A DNA stretch of 62,882 nucleotides, the filler included, from Octopus bimaculoides (lineage: Eukaryota), in assembly GCF_001194135.2 (NCBI RefSeq). It is 6 parts of 6 records of this genome, joined end to end, with 100 filler letters (N's around TTAATTAATTAA, not from the genome) between each part and the next. Parts side by side here need not be neighbours in the genome. Positions count along the whole stretch, not along the records: positions 27,363 to 38,082 come from NC_068993.1; positions 38,183 to 60,665 come from NC_068984.1; 4 more parts are not named here. One strand, written 5' to 3'. The notes beneath the pieces were generated by a model. That model saw only the letters and a program-made list of their open reading frames with translations, was not told where the DNA came from and did no database searches. The translations under genes and the position numbers were made by a program. Positions 37,192 to 50,450 of this stretch are shown here, one piece after another. Numbering within the stretch: the stretch's first letter is position 1; the number at the start of each line of letters is the position of its first letter.

Positions 37192-39016
37192 ATATACATA
37201 TATACATACACACACCCATATGTATATATATGTCAATATTTAATGAAGCTCACAAAATTTACAAATACGATATTCTTTAGGGTCTTGTTTGATACTCTTG
37301 GAGTTGTAATGAAGAAAGAAATTGATTGAATTTTGCATATACAATGATAGTAAAAAGTATCAAAAAAATTATCGGTGATGGAATAGAGAAGTTATTAGGT
37401 AAAAATAGGTGGAGAAGCAAAATATGAGTGAGAAACAAGTTCCCTAAGGCATAGCTGTCAGGTCTATTTGAACGGGCGTGCATAATCTTAAAATAAACCG
37501 TCATGATATATTTAATTATTCAGAAAAATATGGGCTTGAAAGAAATAATATGCTTTTGTTCAAAGTGTTATCAGAGATATTTCACTCGAGAGTGAAAGTC
37601 ACCACCATTTAGTATTTTCAATAATTTAATCTGCAATACGTCTTAAAACATCTGAGCATTTAAAACCATTCATGCGTACAAGAAGAGACCAGTTCTAAAT
37701 GTCGGTTAACAAAAGTCAGGATAATATTTCGTAAAATTGTGAATTGCAAAATGTAGTAAATTGAATTCTTGACATTTTTCTGCTACGTTAAATATCTATA
37801 TTTAGTCTCCGAGTTCTTTGTACATGTGATGTTGCTCAATAAATTTATGTTACTATCTATCCAATTGGCCACCAAACATTCACGTATTCTTGTTACAATC
37901 ATGCGGATTCATATACATACGCAAACGCGAGCACGAAGTTCACGCACACGCACGCACACACAGGCACATACACGCACACATACACGCACGTGTATATATA
38001 TACATATTTATATACATGTATATATATTCACACCCATACGCATATATAGGATCATATATGTATATACATATATATATATATANNNNNNNNNNNNNNNNNN
38101 NNNNNNNNNNNNNNNNNNNNNNNNNNTTAATTAATTAANNNNNNNNNNNNNNNNNNNNNNNNNNNNNNNNNNNNNNNNNNNNTATATATATATGCGTTTG
38201 TGTAAATGGATGTATATGCGTGTATGTATGCTCGTGTGTGCGCATGTATTTCTATACGTGTATGTTGTGTACACATTTATCTATCCATCCATTCACACAC
38301 GCGCGCGCGCAAAAAAAAAAGATATATATGTGCGCACTCGCACGCTCAGTTTTGCAATTATTTTCTTTCCTTCATTCTCAACTCCTCTTACTCTCCCTCT
38401 TTTCTGTTCTCCACCCTCCACACTTCTGGTCAGTCCTCCTTCCTATGCTCTAACCATGTACATATTGTCTCAACAGGCATAAGTTTCATTCTCTACCCTT
38501 GACTGCTCTCCTCCTGTATTTATGCCCAGGCAACTGATGACGAAGGACGAAGGACGACTACAGTGTTTTGTTTCTGATTTCTCGTTCAGGACTCCAAACG
38601 TCCAATCAATATATTAGCTGTGTTATCATTCACTTGATGCAGTTTATTGATAACGACTGAGCTGCTTTTGTGTGATTTATTGACAAGACCCAAACGCAAA
38701 CCTGTGTAGTAAAAACATTACCCAATGACACCACATAACGGATATATGTAAGTTAGTTGTCTATGAAGCCGAAGTCCAAGTTGTTATTCATAATGTCGAT
38801 GAGCTGGTAAATACTGAAATTCACTAGGTGTTGCAGGGGCTCAGTTGTCTTCATGGTATTCATTAAGGGCGGTGATGACGAAATTATGACGTGTATTATT
38901 AGCAAGCAATGAACAGGTTGCGTGTTTTTAGGCAACCCGCGATGGACTTTGAAATAAATAAATAAATAAATAAATTAACATCTCCCTGAAATATCGTGTT
39001 ATAAAATTATTTTCTA

Positions 39017-39392
39017 TACACAGACATGGCTGTGAGGTTAAAAAGCTCACTTTGCGAACACATGTTTCGAGTTCAGTTTTACTGTGCAGCATCTTAAGCA
39101 AGTATTTTCTACTATAACCCGGGGTCAACCAATGCTTTGTGAAAGAGTTTGGTAGACGGAAACTGCGTGGAAGCCCTTCATAATATGTTGTTCAGTGTTT
39201 GTATCTGAGTTTGTCCCCCCACCATTGCTTTATGTCTCCGTAATTTAACGGTTTCGGAAAGGGAGCCGATAGAATAAGTATGAGACCTAAAAAATAAGTA
39301 CAAAGGGCGATTTGTTCGACTAAACCCGTCAAGATGGTGCCCAAAGAGGGCATGGTCGCAGTCCAATGACTGGAACAAGTAAAAGATCAAAG
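39017..39392 (+). mobile_element. Degraded 18535-family SINE on the plus strand
   Basis: ggctgtgaggttaaaaagctcac head; ttggtagacggaaactg body; gtccaatgactggaacaagtaaaaga tail. Confidence 0.8.
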
Positions 39393-40111
39393 ACAGTCAT
39401 GTAGCCAGAACTAAATTGTATGTTTTCATATAAGTAACACTCTCCTATCAACTTTATTGACGGAATTAGTACAATTCAAAATTTCATTCAATCGGGCTGA
39501 AAAGGTTCGCGCCATAATTGATATAGGTGCAAAGTATTTTGCTGTTTACATTCCTCTCCAAACTACACCCATGGCAGGAACTGAACTCAAAGACGCAAAC
39601 TAATGAGACAATCCTCTCTTTTACGAGAGAACATATGTATTTATTGTATTATGTAGCATTCATTTTGTTTTCGATTGCGTTTTTCTTTTAGCTGTACATA
39701 TATATTATAACACACACACATATGTATGTATGTGTGTGTTTATGTATGTATGTATGTATGTATGTATGTACGTATGTTAATCTGTGTATGTATGTATGTA
39801 TGTATGTATGTATGTATGTATGTATGTATTAGACACTTTCAAATTTATTCGAATATTGTGGCTGAAGATCGGAATAGGGTAACTTCATACTCTTAACCGT
39901 AAAACGTCGTACCCAATTAACGAAAGGCAGGTTTGTTTTTGCTTTTCTCTTCTGTTTTTTGTTCTGTGTGTGCCATAAATATCGCCATCCGCTAGAGAAA
40001 AAATTTGTAGTTTGGAATCAGTAGTTCTTTGATTGCTATTTCTAAATTCTTAGTATATTGGAGAAGCAACTCATGCTAATCCCTGTATATTTATGTATAC
40101 ATATACATACA

Positions 40112-40687
40112 TCCGTATATATATAAGGCAAGATGTGTGTGTGTGTGTACGTGAATGTAGTTTATGCACGTCCACAAATTAGCACGCATGTCGCTCCAAT
40201 TTTAGGAGGAGATTCGTCATGACNNNNNNNNNNAACACCCGCACGATTTCCACTAGGGTGTTACGGTTAGGGTTTTAGGGTTAGGGTTAGGGTTTTACGG
40301 TTAGGATTAGGGTTAGGGTTAAGGTCAGTGTTAGGGTTAGTGTTAGGGCTAGGATTAGGATTAGGGATGGTGTTAGGGTGACGGTTTTAGGGTCAGGATT
40401 AGGGTTAGAGTTTAGGGTTAGGGTTAGAGTTAACCTAGAAGGGACAGGCCCCTTATTTTTTGGTTAAGACAGTTGGTAAGTTTTCTTAAGTTACTCCAAT
40501 CCAGATCCCCAACTATTTCTTATGGGATTTCCCAATCAAATTGCCTGCAAACCATTTTCAGCCAAACCAATTTCAACGGATTTCGCTCAAATCTGATGTC
40601 GATGTTACTTATTTTGGTTTGAAATAAAGCACTTGATCACTTAATAATCCTAGCTTAATCCCGGGCAGCGCCGGGCTATACTGCTAG
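40112..40687 (+). mobile_element. Non-autonomous Helitron
   Basis: A|TCCGTATATATATAAGG 5' end followed by (TG)n; 3' hairpin CCCGG-gcagcg-CCGGG at 40660-40675, then CTAG at 40684-40687 and host T; A|T insertion site, no TSD. Confidence 0.75.
40254..40432 (+). repeat. Degenerate interstitial (TTAGGG)n telomeric-type array
   Basis: About 28 units of TTAGGG and variants (TTAGGA, TTACGG, TTAGTG, TTAGAG). Confidence 0.92.
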
Positions 40688-40690
40688 TAC

Positions 40691-40728
<38 letters not shown>

Positions 40729-41303
40729 NNNNNNNNNNNNNNNNNNNNNNNNNNNNNNNNNNNNNNNNNNNNNNNNNNNNNNNNNNNNNNNNNNNNNNNN
40801 NNNNNNNNNNNNNNNNNNNNNNNNNNNNNNNNNNNNNNNNNNNNNNNNNNNNNNNNNNNNNNNNNNNNNNNNNNNNNNNNNNNNNNNNNNNNNNNNNNNN
40901 NNNCTAGTACCAGTATGCGTTGTAGGCTCAGGGGTGCAGGAGCTCCATGATCCCATGCGCATGCAAAAGATCCCCAAAATGTCCTATGCTATTCCCTGCA
41001 TATTCAGTTTTATCAGAGTCATCTCCTAGAGACATGCTTTAACAAAAGCTGAGGTTGTCTCACTCCCAGTGGTCTTCCAGCTCGGAGAACACCAACCCGG
41101 AAAATTCTGAGTGCCCGTGTTAGTTTTAGATAGTCGTCGAACCTACGTCGTGTTCATCTGTCCTTTTGATTGGTCTTGTTTATAGCTTTGTTGGGTTTTC
41201 TCACCAGGCTAACCTAGTGGGTGCTGCCGGTTTAGTCACCGACGACCAGACCCTGCAACAGATTGTACAAGATTCCATGTTACCAGTAGCACACATGATC
41301 TAA

Positions 41304-41312
41304 CACACACAC

Positions 41313-41382
<70 letters not shown>

Positions 41383-41411
41383 GCACACACACACACAAAC
41401 ACACACACACA
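41304..41411. repeat. (AC)n microsatellite
   Basis: Seen directly. Confidence 0.97.
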
Positions 41412-42675
41412 CTTGAGAGAGAGAGAGTAAAAGAAAGAGAAAGAGAGTCGTACATAGATGTTTACACATGAATATAATATTATCTGAATATAAAATTATT
41501 TCGGTTTCTGTATTTTGGCGTATATCCATGAAAACGAGATGTTACTAGCTAGAATCTGAGGTTAAGAACTTCTGATGTAGTAGTAGCAGTATTTCTGATT
41601 CTAGGATGTGTAACATCCTTGCCTTTCCCAATGAGAATTGACATAGGCGTTAATAAAATGCTATCTGGTAGGAATTGAAACCATATTACAGAATCTGTTC
41701 AGTGAGAGTTTATCTCTTTCTTTTCATTCACTTGCCCCTCTAGAGCTGCAAATTTTGACTTAAGAATCCAAGCAAACTGCAGTCTTTTTTGTCTCTTCTT
41801 TTTTTAGACATTTTGTTGTTGTTTGACGTTTGGTCAGCTCCTTTCCAGCTAGCATGTGGTCAAAAACAATCAAGCCATGGACATTTCGTACATTTTGTTC
41901 GTCAGGTATTTAAAACGTTAGACAACGTGTTCCATTTTTTATGGCGTAGAATAATGACATAAGGAAAATCTGGCTGTTATTTCTTACAGGTCAACTGACG
42001 ACTTCGGTGCTCTTCTGTTTAACGATCAACCAGTTTAATACATTACTTCTGCATTCAAATACGGTCAGAGTCGATGTTTTCCAAGGTTGGGTATAAAATA
42101 TGTGGTTCGTCTTCTTCGTTATTGGTTAATGGTATTGAAGAGACACTAACTTAACCACTTCTACTTCGCCTAGACTGTTTCCAGGAGTAAGTGCAATGCT
42201 GCAAGTACATTTACCATCTCTTCACCCATGAATATGCTATGAAGGTAAAACAAGACAATGCGTTTGCAGCATTCATGGAATCGCAGGGGCTACCCGAATT
42301 AGGTTAAGTATAATTGTGCATACTTGCTTTAGGATCCCTCCCTCCGGATTTTCTTCACTTTTTAGCCTTTTCGTAAGTGCTCAGTAAATTACTATACAAG
42401 GCAGATAGGATGTATTATTACAGTGGGAATGGTTTGTGTAGAGCCAATCTCATTCTCTTGTCCTTCAAACTAGTATTGGTCTTGCGCAACAAGTGTCACG
42501 AGCCCAGTTGTTAACAGGATACCGGAATCGTATGGAGTTGCCTTCTCTTAGATAAACAGCCAAAGAACTGAAGGGCCTCGTCTGCCATATAAAATATGTA
42601 TAAGTGATAAATTGGATTACAGGTGAAACGTGGTTACAGTATTGGTACAAATGGTTACAAGTAATTACAGTAACA

Positions 42676-42760
42676 GTCTACCGGATTTCCTGCAGATATT
42701 TCGTTATTGTTTCTGTAATGGTCTACCAAATCTCCTACAGGCATTTCGTTATTGTTTCTG
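42676..42760. repeat. Two-copy 45-bp tandem duplication
   Basis: gtctacc...atttcgttattgtttctg at 42676 and 42721. Confidence 0.8.
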
Positions 42761-43194
42761 AGCAGCTCACACCATTCTAAATCACACATAATTTATATCA
42801 CCCTGTTTAATGATTTAATTCATTGCCCGGTTCATTACCACGACCTGACGATTTGGTATCTTTAATGGAGTACGTTAAATACCTTTAAAACATTCGAAAC
42901 AGGTCTCAGTTTGAGAATAACTTCCTCCTACCAACCTCCCAACCGTGTCAGAAGTTTTGAGAACGATCATGAGGACTGCTCTACCGCCTCTGATTAAACC
43001 ATTAGAAAATTCCATATTCTGTTCTACAACGGTTGATATTCAGTTTGGAGTTCTGTAGATTGGCATCTTTAGGGAAATAAACGTTCACGTTGTGAAGATA
43101 GCGAAAAGGAAAGTCAATTTGCCATGTTTAGTAAAAGTAACCTGGTTTTAAAACCACTGTTTTAAATCACACACCGCTATAGTCTTAATGGCTT

Positions 43195-43360
43195 TTGATT
43201 TTGGCACCAAGCTAGCAATTTTGAGATGAAAGGGTCTAGGCAATACCATCGACCCCAACTCTTGACTGATACTTTATTTCATTGACCCCCCAGAATGATG
43301 ATAGGCAAAGTTGACCTCGGCGAGATTTGAACTTAGAACTTGCAAGGTCTGAAACATTTT
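43195..43360 (-). mobile_element. Meta-like SINE, degraded
   Basis: ggcaaagttgacctcggcgagatttgaacttagaac core. Confidence 0.7.
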
Positions 43361-43414
43361 TTATGACCATTCTACTTGCTTGTGACGCATTATAGTGTTG
43401 TCTACGATATATAT

Positions 43415-43461
<47 letters not shown>

Positions 43462-44145
43462 CGGGATGATGAGAGTTGGGAACGCCTTTGATCATAGGTC
43501 TGCTCGACCATAACTTGCCTTGGGGTTAAACAATAACAGCAACGGATGTGTCACTGAAGATTGTTCTTTTTATGGATTAAAGAAAAAAAAAACGAGCAAC
43601 ATCTATGACCTTTTATTTTCAGGGCTTCTGAGACTCTTGGGCAGAAGAATCGAAGTTATTCTTGGAACTGGGTACTTACAAAAGAATAGACCATGCTAAG
43701 GAATACCCAAGAGTCAGGTGGGGTAGGTTAAATCGGGTTACAGATTAAGTCTATCATCCAAGAATAGTTACAGTAACTTCGATTGACTTCGACTTCATTA
43801 TATGGCCAGCCTTTATCATCCAGCTTTTTTGGACGACATTATGCAAGGGGAATTTATTTATTTATTTATTAATTTATTATCAAGATGTTAAAGGAGTGTG
43901 ATTTAAAGGTGTAATCAATAAACTGATTAATAGGGTTCAGTGTCCCTCTTCTGCACGAAAATATTTGAGAAAGAATTGACCTCTCCCATCACACTCTTCA
44001 TTAATAGATAGACAAAGCAGAGTTTCAATCCATATAATTCTTATTTCTTTGTCTGATGGACTGAAAACCATCTTAATTCTTTTAAATATGACAATTTGTT
44101 TTCCCTATTTTTCAATCCTCACAACCGTCAAAACTCCGTTTAGAG

Positions 44146-44408
44146 CAGGGGTTTTCAAACGTTTTGACTTGCGGACCCCTTTATATTTCAGGCTTTACCT
44201 TATAAACGCTTATGAAATTTATACATAAATATTTGCTTAAAATAACATATATTTTTACATTTATTTATTTAACAGTATTTAACAAATAGGTTTATTGTCA
44301 ATTAAAATACTTCGATTAAAAAACATATATAAAATCAAATTGCCCATAAAAAGTATTTGCTGTCCACGGTCCCCCTGTGGTCCGCGGACCACAGTTTGAA
44401 AACCCCTG
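44146..44408. mobile_element. hAT (Charlie-like) MITE, 263 bp
   Basis: Perfect 15-bp TIRs CAGGGGTTTTCAAAC / GTTTGAAAACCCCTG and perfect 8-bp TSD GTTTAGAG at 44138-44145 and 44409-44416. Confidence 0.95.
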
Positions 44409-46655
44409 GTTTAGAGGTTTTCTTGTTTCATATTTACAGTCGGATGGTGCAGCAGGCTCTTTCAGATTACGAAATTTCACTGACAATGTTTTGGTCTTGG
44501 TCAATCTGAGGTTGTAAAAGAAGACACTTGACCAAAATGCCATGCAACAAAATCGAACCTCAAACCACGTATTGTTACGAAGAGAACCACGTGGTTATAC
44601 GTTCATCCATTTTGTTACTTTGTACATTTGGGCTAAATTGTTTACATTGATGGAACTCAGAAAGGCAAGCACTGAGCCTAACTTGAACACAGAGCTTCTA
44701 TGTAATCGTTCGATTTATGAGAAACAGCTGTTAAATCTCTCTCAGATCACACCTTGAAAAAAGGATTGCACCGCATTGGATGTGATCTTCTGTGCCTCAT
44801 GCCCAGGGAAAAAGACACGATGATCACAATTTGAACACTTTTGATCATAGGTCTTATTCAACCAGGGGCTGAACTATGGCTAAACAACAACATCTCTGTG
44901 ATGCAGGGTAGACATAATGTGTTGTGTTGAGTCCTCTGTGTGTGTGTGTGTTTGTGCGTGTTTATCCTGTGTAACTTTACATATTTACGTACGCCTCTCC
45001 CCACAATATATATTTTGGAAACTCACTCATAAAAAGGTTTTGCCTAACTCACTCGAAATTTAACAACGGCATCGAATAAATGTAATCACACTCTACATTA
45101 TGTATTGAGTCCTTTTATTATTATTCTTTGCGAACGACGTGCGTGTGTACAAACATACATACATAAATACATACATACATTCATTCTCTCACACACACAC
45201 ACACACACACACTAGAATAGAAATATTAAAGTCGTGAGTAATTCAGTTTTTAGGGTATTAAAAACTGAAAACGGTATTTATCATATTTAAACAGGAGAAT
45301 GAAGAACATGGCTGCTGAGACATAAATGACACAGGTTCGAACTCAATATACGGTGACTCAAAGAATCCATACCTAACGGTTCTACTATGCCTCCTTATAT
45401 TTACAATGTTGCTGTTAGTGCTGTAAGAAGTAATATACCCATGCTTTTGGCTTTATGCTAAATAATTCTTCGGTTAGGTCTTTGGTGTAGGTACAAAACT
45501 CTCTATTCCCGCCACCATTCAAAGAGGTCCTGAGATATATTACAGTAGATCCATGACTACCATTTTCCCCCAGTCATTGTGTGCACCAGATTTCATTACC
45601 CAATGAAACCCCTGCTTAAGACGGCCAGGTATAGTTTGGGGGAGATTTGGCTGTTATATCTAGCAGGTAGCGCTACCACGTAGAGTTGCATCACTCGTTC
45701 ACTTAGGAGCTGACGTCTCCATGTGACATGTGACATGTCTAATTATAATGTAGCTCAGCACATGAGAAATAAACAAACCACTAAAGAATCCTCTCGGTGG
45801 TCTCAGTCACCTGCTAGAAATAGCAGCTTAATTTTCATCAAATCATGCTCTGTACTTTTTAAAAGGGGCGGAGAGACGGAGGAATGGTTCAACAAAGAGC
45901 CTTAATATGGCCCAATGAGTTTTATTCTCTTTTTACATGGCTTACAAGAGGAAGAACAACATTCATAACCTCTTTCAACACCACTGAGATTGACGTGAAG
46001 AAAGGAGGAATTAATTATCCTCAGATGAGACACCTGGCCCCAAGGTCTATAACAGGGACCAGGTTCAGAAAGGGTGTCAGTTCGGGGCCCATAACTGAAA
46101 AAGGAAAGGCCTGAGAATATTTGACAGTGCCCTCCTTCAAAAACAACTTAAAAACAAACAATTACAACTTATAATTCCCTTGTTATTTGAACGGGCCACC
46201 CTTTTCCTGATCGGGGTCTGAAAGTTGTATCATTCCACCTCGCAACAGATGAGCCTCTACGAAAGGTATCAAAGGAGCAAGGGATGGTGCTGCAACAGGT
46301 TACGTTTTAAAACGGTAACAGTCCGTCTAGAGGCCTCTAGAGGCCTTTCACGTAGTTTTGGTCTACTAAATCCCACTCACTATGCTTTGTTGGACAAGAA
46401 ACAGCAGTCAAAACTACCTCAAATCTCACCTTGCCATCTTAAATAATACAAAAAAGGCATAGTAAATAAGGTAGTCAATAACAGCCCTAAAGATACCTAC
46501 CCAGTACCTGGTACTGTGTTAAAGACATCACTACTTAGGTACATATATCAATATTAAAGCATAATCTCATGTATGTATAAATATAGACATAGTCCTGTGC
46601 GTATACAAACGTTTATGTATAGTTTCCAATAAATATTTAATCATATACTTCGCAA

Positions 46656-46729
<74 letters not shown>

Positions 46730-46758
46730 GTCTATCTATCTATCTATCTGTCTATCTG

Positions 46759-46791
<33 letters not shown>
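46656..46791. repeat. (CTAT)n microsatellite with CTGT variants
   Basis: Seen directly. Confidence 0.97.
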
Positions 46792-47464
46792 GAAACAAGA
46801 ATATATATGTAACAAGCATATATACATATACTTCTGCGCATTCATTTCAATGAATATTTAATCACACACATTGCATGTATGTATAAACAGTTTCTTATAT
46901 GTGTATACTTACGCATACGTACATTTTTCTATATTTTTTTTCTTTTTTATACGTTGTATTTGCTTATACATTCTCATGTGCATATATATTTTCATGTGTC
47001 TTAACACACGCACCTTATGCATATTTTTAGAATCTACTTAATAGGATGTATATATAAACATTCATATTTGAGCACACACGCGCACACGTATGTATATTTT
47101 TCAATGAATACTTAATCATATGCATTGGTTTACAGAAGACATGCGTACATACATATATACTACTATATAAATCAGATGCAATTATAATGCATCTAGGTTT
47201 GTTAGTATTTATATGCATGCATCAGCACCAATGTGCAGCAACTAATTGCAACATGCATCTTTGGATACATGCAGAAATTCTTGCTGAAATAAATATGCAT
47301 TATTATCCGTGTATACATGATATTGACAGCGGCGTCTGCATAAATTGATATCCTTGTTCCCACGCAAAAGTGCAGTCACATTGTCTATCTATTTTCTATC
47401 CATCTATCTCTGTCCGTCTGTCAGTTTCTTTCTCTCTCTCTCTCCCTCTCTCCCTCTTTTTCTG

Positions 47465-47496
<32 letters not shown>

Positions 47497-47543
47497 TGTA
47501 TGTATGTATGTATGTATGCATGCATGCATTCATGCAATGCATG

Positions 47544-47574
<31 letters not shown>

Positions 47575-47627
47575 ATATGTGTGCATTTGTGTATACACAC
47601 ACACACACATATATATATATGTTCATG

Positions 47628-47672
<45 letters not shown>

Positions 47673-47939
47673 ACATACACAAACACAACATACTGAAAAA
47701 AGTGCACCCCATAAACAGCGATAAACGTACACACGCATGTATGAACCCATGCAGATACGTCTGCATGCACGTGCCTACATTGATATATCCATACATTAAA
47801 ATACAGACGTATGCACAGGCATGCAAGGGTTAAACAGGAGAAAGTTTTGTGCATTTGTAAACACATGTGTATGCGCGCGTGTATGCAGGCTCGCTCTCAC
47901 GTTAATGAAAGTGAAAGCAAGAGAGAAAAGAAGAGTGAG

Positions 47940-48004
<65 letters not shown>

Positions 48005-48663
48005 ATATGTATATGTATGTACGTATATGTATGTATATGCATATAGGCTGCTAGTTAGACAGGTAGACTGATCGACAGCTACATGATTACGATTGTACAT
48101 TCAGAAATCAATTTATGTACATATATGGAAGAATGCTGGGAAATATTGCGAATAGAAACTGCAATTCATGTTGCTGGAACGGTTTTAAGAATGAAAGCAA
48201 GCAACAAGCATAAATTAAACAGCAATGCCAAAACGTGAACGAAATGGAAGAGGCAAGGCTAAACCGGGATAAAGGCAGAGTGTAGAGTGTTGCCTTTTAA
48301 GGAAGTCCTAATAATTTATTTACATTTTTTTCAAAGGCACTTCGGAACACCTCATGATGCTACACGTGTTCTTTATTGCACAACACTTTCCATATCTGAA
48401 AGCACGCATGCGCCGAGCGTGATTGCTTGCTTTACCTCTTTATTTACTTGTCTTTCCTTTCCTTTCATTTCTTCTTTCTTTTTATTTCAAGTTTTCTTTC
48501 TATCTATCTTTCTTTCGTTCTTTTTGTTCTTTTCCTTGCTTTTTTTTCATTTAGTTTTTCTTCTCTTTCTAGATTTCTCTTAATTTTTCTCCAATTCAAA
48601 CCCCACAATTTTTTACAAGTACTTCTTAGTACCATCACTGCCACACATCCTCCCAGATTTGCG

Positions 48664-48746
<83 letters not shown>
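48664..48746. repeat. Compound (CTA)n(CTG)n microsatellite
   Basis: Seen directly. Confidence 0.97.
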
Positions 48747-49025
48747 ATTTATCTTCCTGGGGCACGCAGTAACAAATTGGTAGGTAAGGTTTAAACTAGA
48801 TAAGTTTGACTCTAGTATTTCACTGGTATGTTTCTTTGCAAGGATGAATAGTAAATTTGACTGAGGTGGGATTAGAACTCATTTTAAAGGTTTATAACTA
48901 AGAATCGGAAGGCATTTTGTCCAATGCTCAACTGATTCAGACAATCCACTACACTATTTTTCCGGAGCTCTACTGGAGCGCCGGATAGCGAAGGATGGGG
49001 GACGAGTGACAAATTTTATGCAGTA

Positions 49026-50450
49026 CATGAGGGCGATTCTAAAAGTCAATGGAAAACGCATTTACACTGAATAATTAAAAGATTAGGATTAAAAACATAC
49101 TAATTAAAACGATATTGAGTTTCAACGAAGCAACCACTGACACGTAGGTAAGAAGCCGCCATCTGCTTTAAACATGGCACTCCACTGATCCCTTTTTATA
49201 TCTGTTTGACGTGTGATCCCGCTTCTTCCTAGATGAATACTCATCTGGAGAGTATGGTGTCTTTCATTTAGGGGTCCCACTAAATTCTTGTTAGTCTTGC
49301 GTAAAGCTGAGAATTTCATTTCATTCAGAGAGAAGAATGTTTCTTCTCTCGAGATATAACCCCAGCCTTCATTGGAAATGAGTTCTTCCTCAATGGAGGG
49401 CGTCTCTGTTTCATGAAATGTTTAGCTTCCTTCGTGCATTTTTATTACTTTTTCGATTGTTTTCTATGAACTTTTTGTTATTTTTTTTAAAACATGTCTG
49501 ACGATATCATTCTCTCACCAACTGGTTCCAATCTTTAAAGTGGATGGGGTGGCACCCGCTGTGAGGGAGTACTTCTGGGTTACTTAGTTCCAACGGGAAT
49601 TATTTCATGGAAATGAGGACGAGGTGATTTTTTTAATGATTCTTAAACTGTGCCAGTGACGCTTTACACTGGAGTGCCGCCTTAGGACCAACAAACCCCG
49701 GAATTTGCTATTATGTTTGCTCTTAAATGGTTCCAATTATTGACTTGAACAACGGGATGAAATAAAATTGCAATATCATAAAAAAAGAAACCCGATCTTC
49801 ATGACTAGCTTCGGTAGACTTCCAAAACGTTCAATAAAAAAGCCTGTTCCACAGGAAAGCAGTGGATTGATCTCCACGCTGGATGCGGTTCATAGTCGGA
49901 TCCAACTCGTATGATAAAAAGCACTTCATGAACCCATATATCAACAATGCATGGACACTGAGCGCATGAGTGTCGGAAGATTTCATCACTCTATGTGCAA
50001 CTTGAGTAGGTTCGCTTGTAAGCGGTCCCAAGATGACCAAGCTTGTAAAGTTTATCTTGGACAGACTCCCCTGTCTCCGCTATCACCACCCTTGTAGTAC
50101 AGCTCTGCGGAAAAACTATTGAAATTTACCCATAATCCTCAGCCTGAAACTTCTAGAAGGAATTGTTCTGACTGTCCTCGGCGGCACCCGAAATAGTTCC
50201 CATACCTTTTGTGTCTTAGACGCTCCTCTAATATGTTGAATGCGATGATTGACGTTCCATCTACCATATTGCCTAGGTGGTATCGTGCAGTGATTCACTT
50301 GCAGCATTCAAGGTGCCGAACGTCTAACTTCGGCTTGCACCTGACCCAGGACTTAAGCTCGGTCAAAGAAACGAGCTGCAGAAAGATGTGCCACTTGAAC
50401 GGCAGCAACACCTGCACACTGTCGTCTTTAGATTCTCACGTAAGAAAAAC
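49026..50450 (-). mobile_element. Decayed mariner-like transposon
   Basis: TA|CATGAGGGCGATTCTAAAAGT terminus (mariner TA-CGAGGG type); minus frames give TPYSPDEYSS and EPTQVAHRVMKSSDTHALSV (HTH region); 5' limit uncertain. Confidence 0.55.

Noticed and set aside
38512-38545. CTGATGA as a hammerhead core
   Set aside because: No helix II or GAAA follows.
40254-40432. True chromosome end
   Set aside because: The array is short, degenerate, internal and enclosed by Helitron termini.
45884-46114. 76-aa ORF (KKGGINYPQMRH) and an antisense exon-like segment
   Set aside because: Could be an L1/Tx1 relic or chance; too little evidence to call either way.
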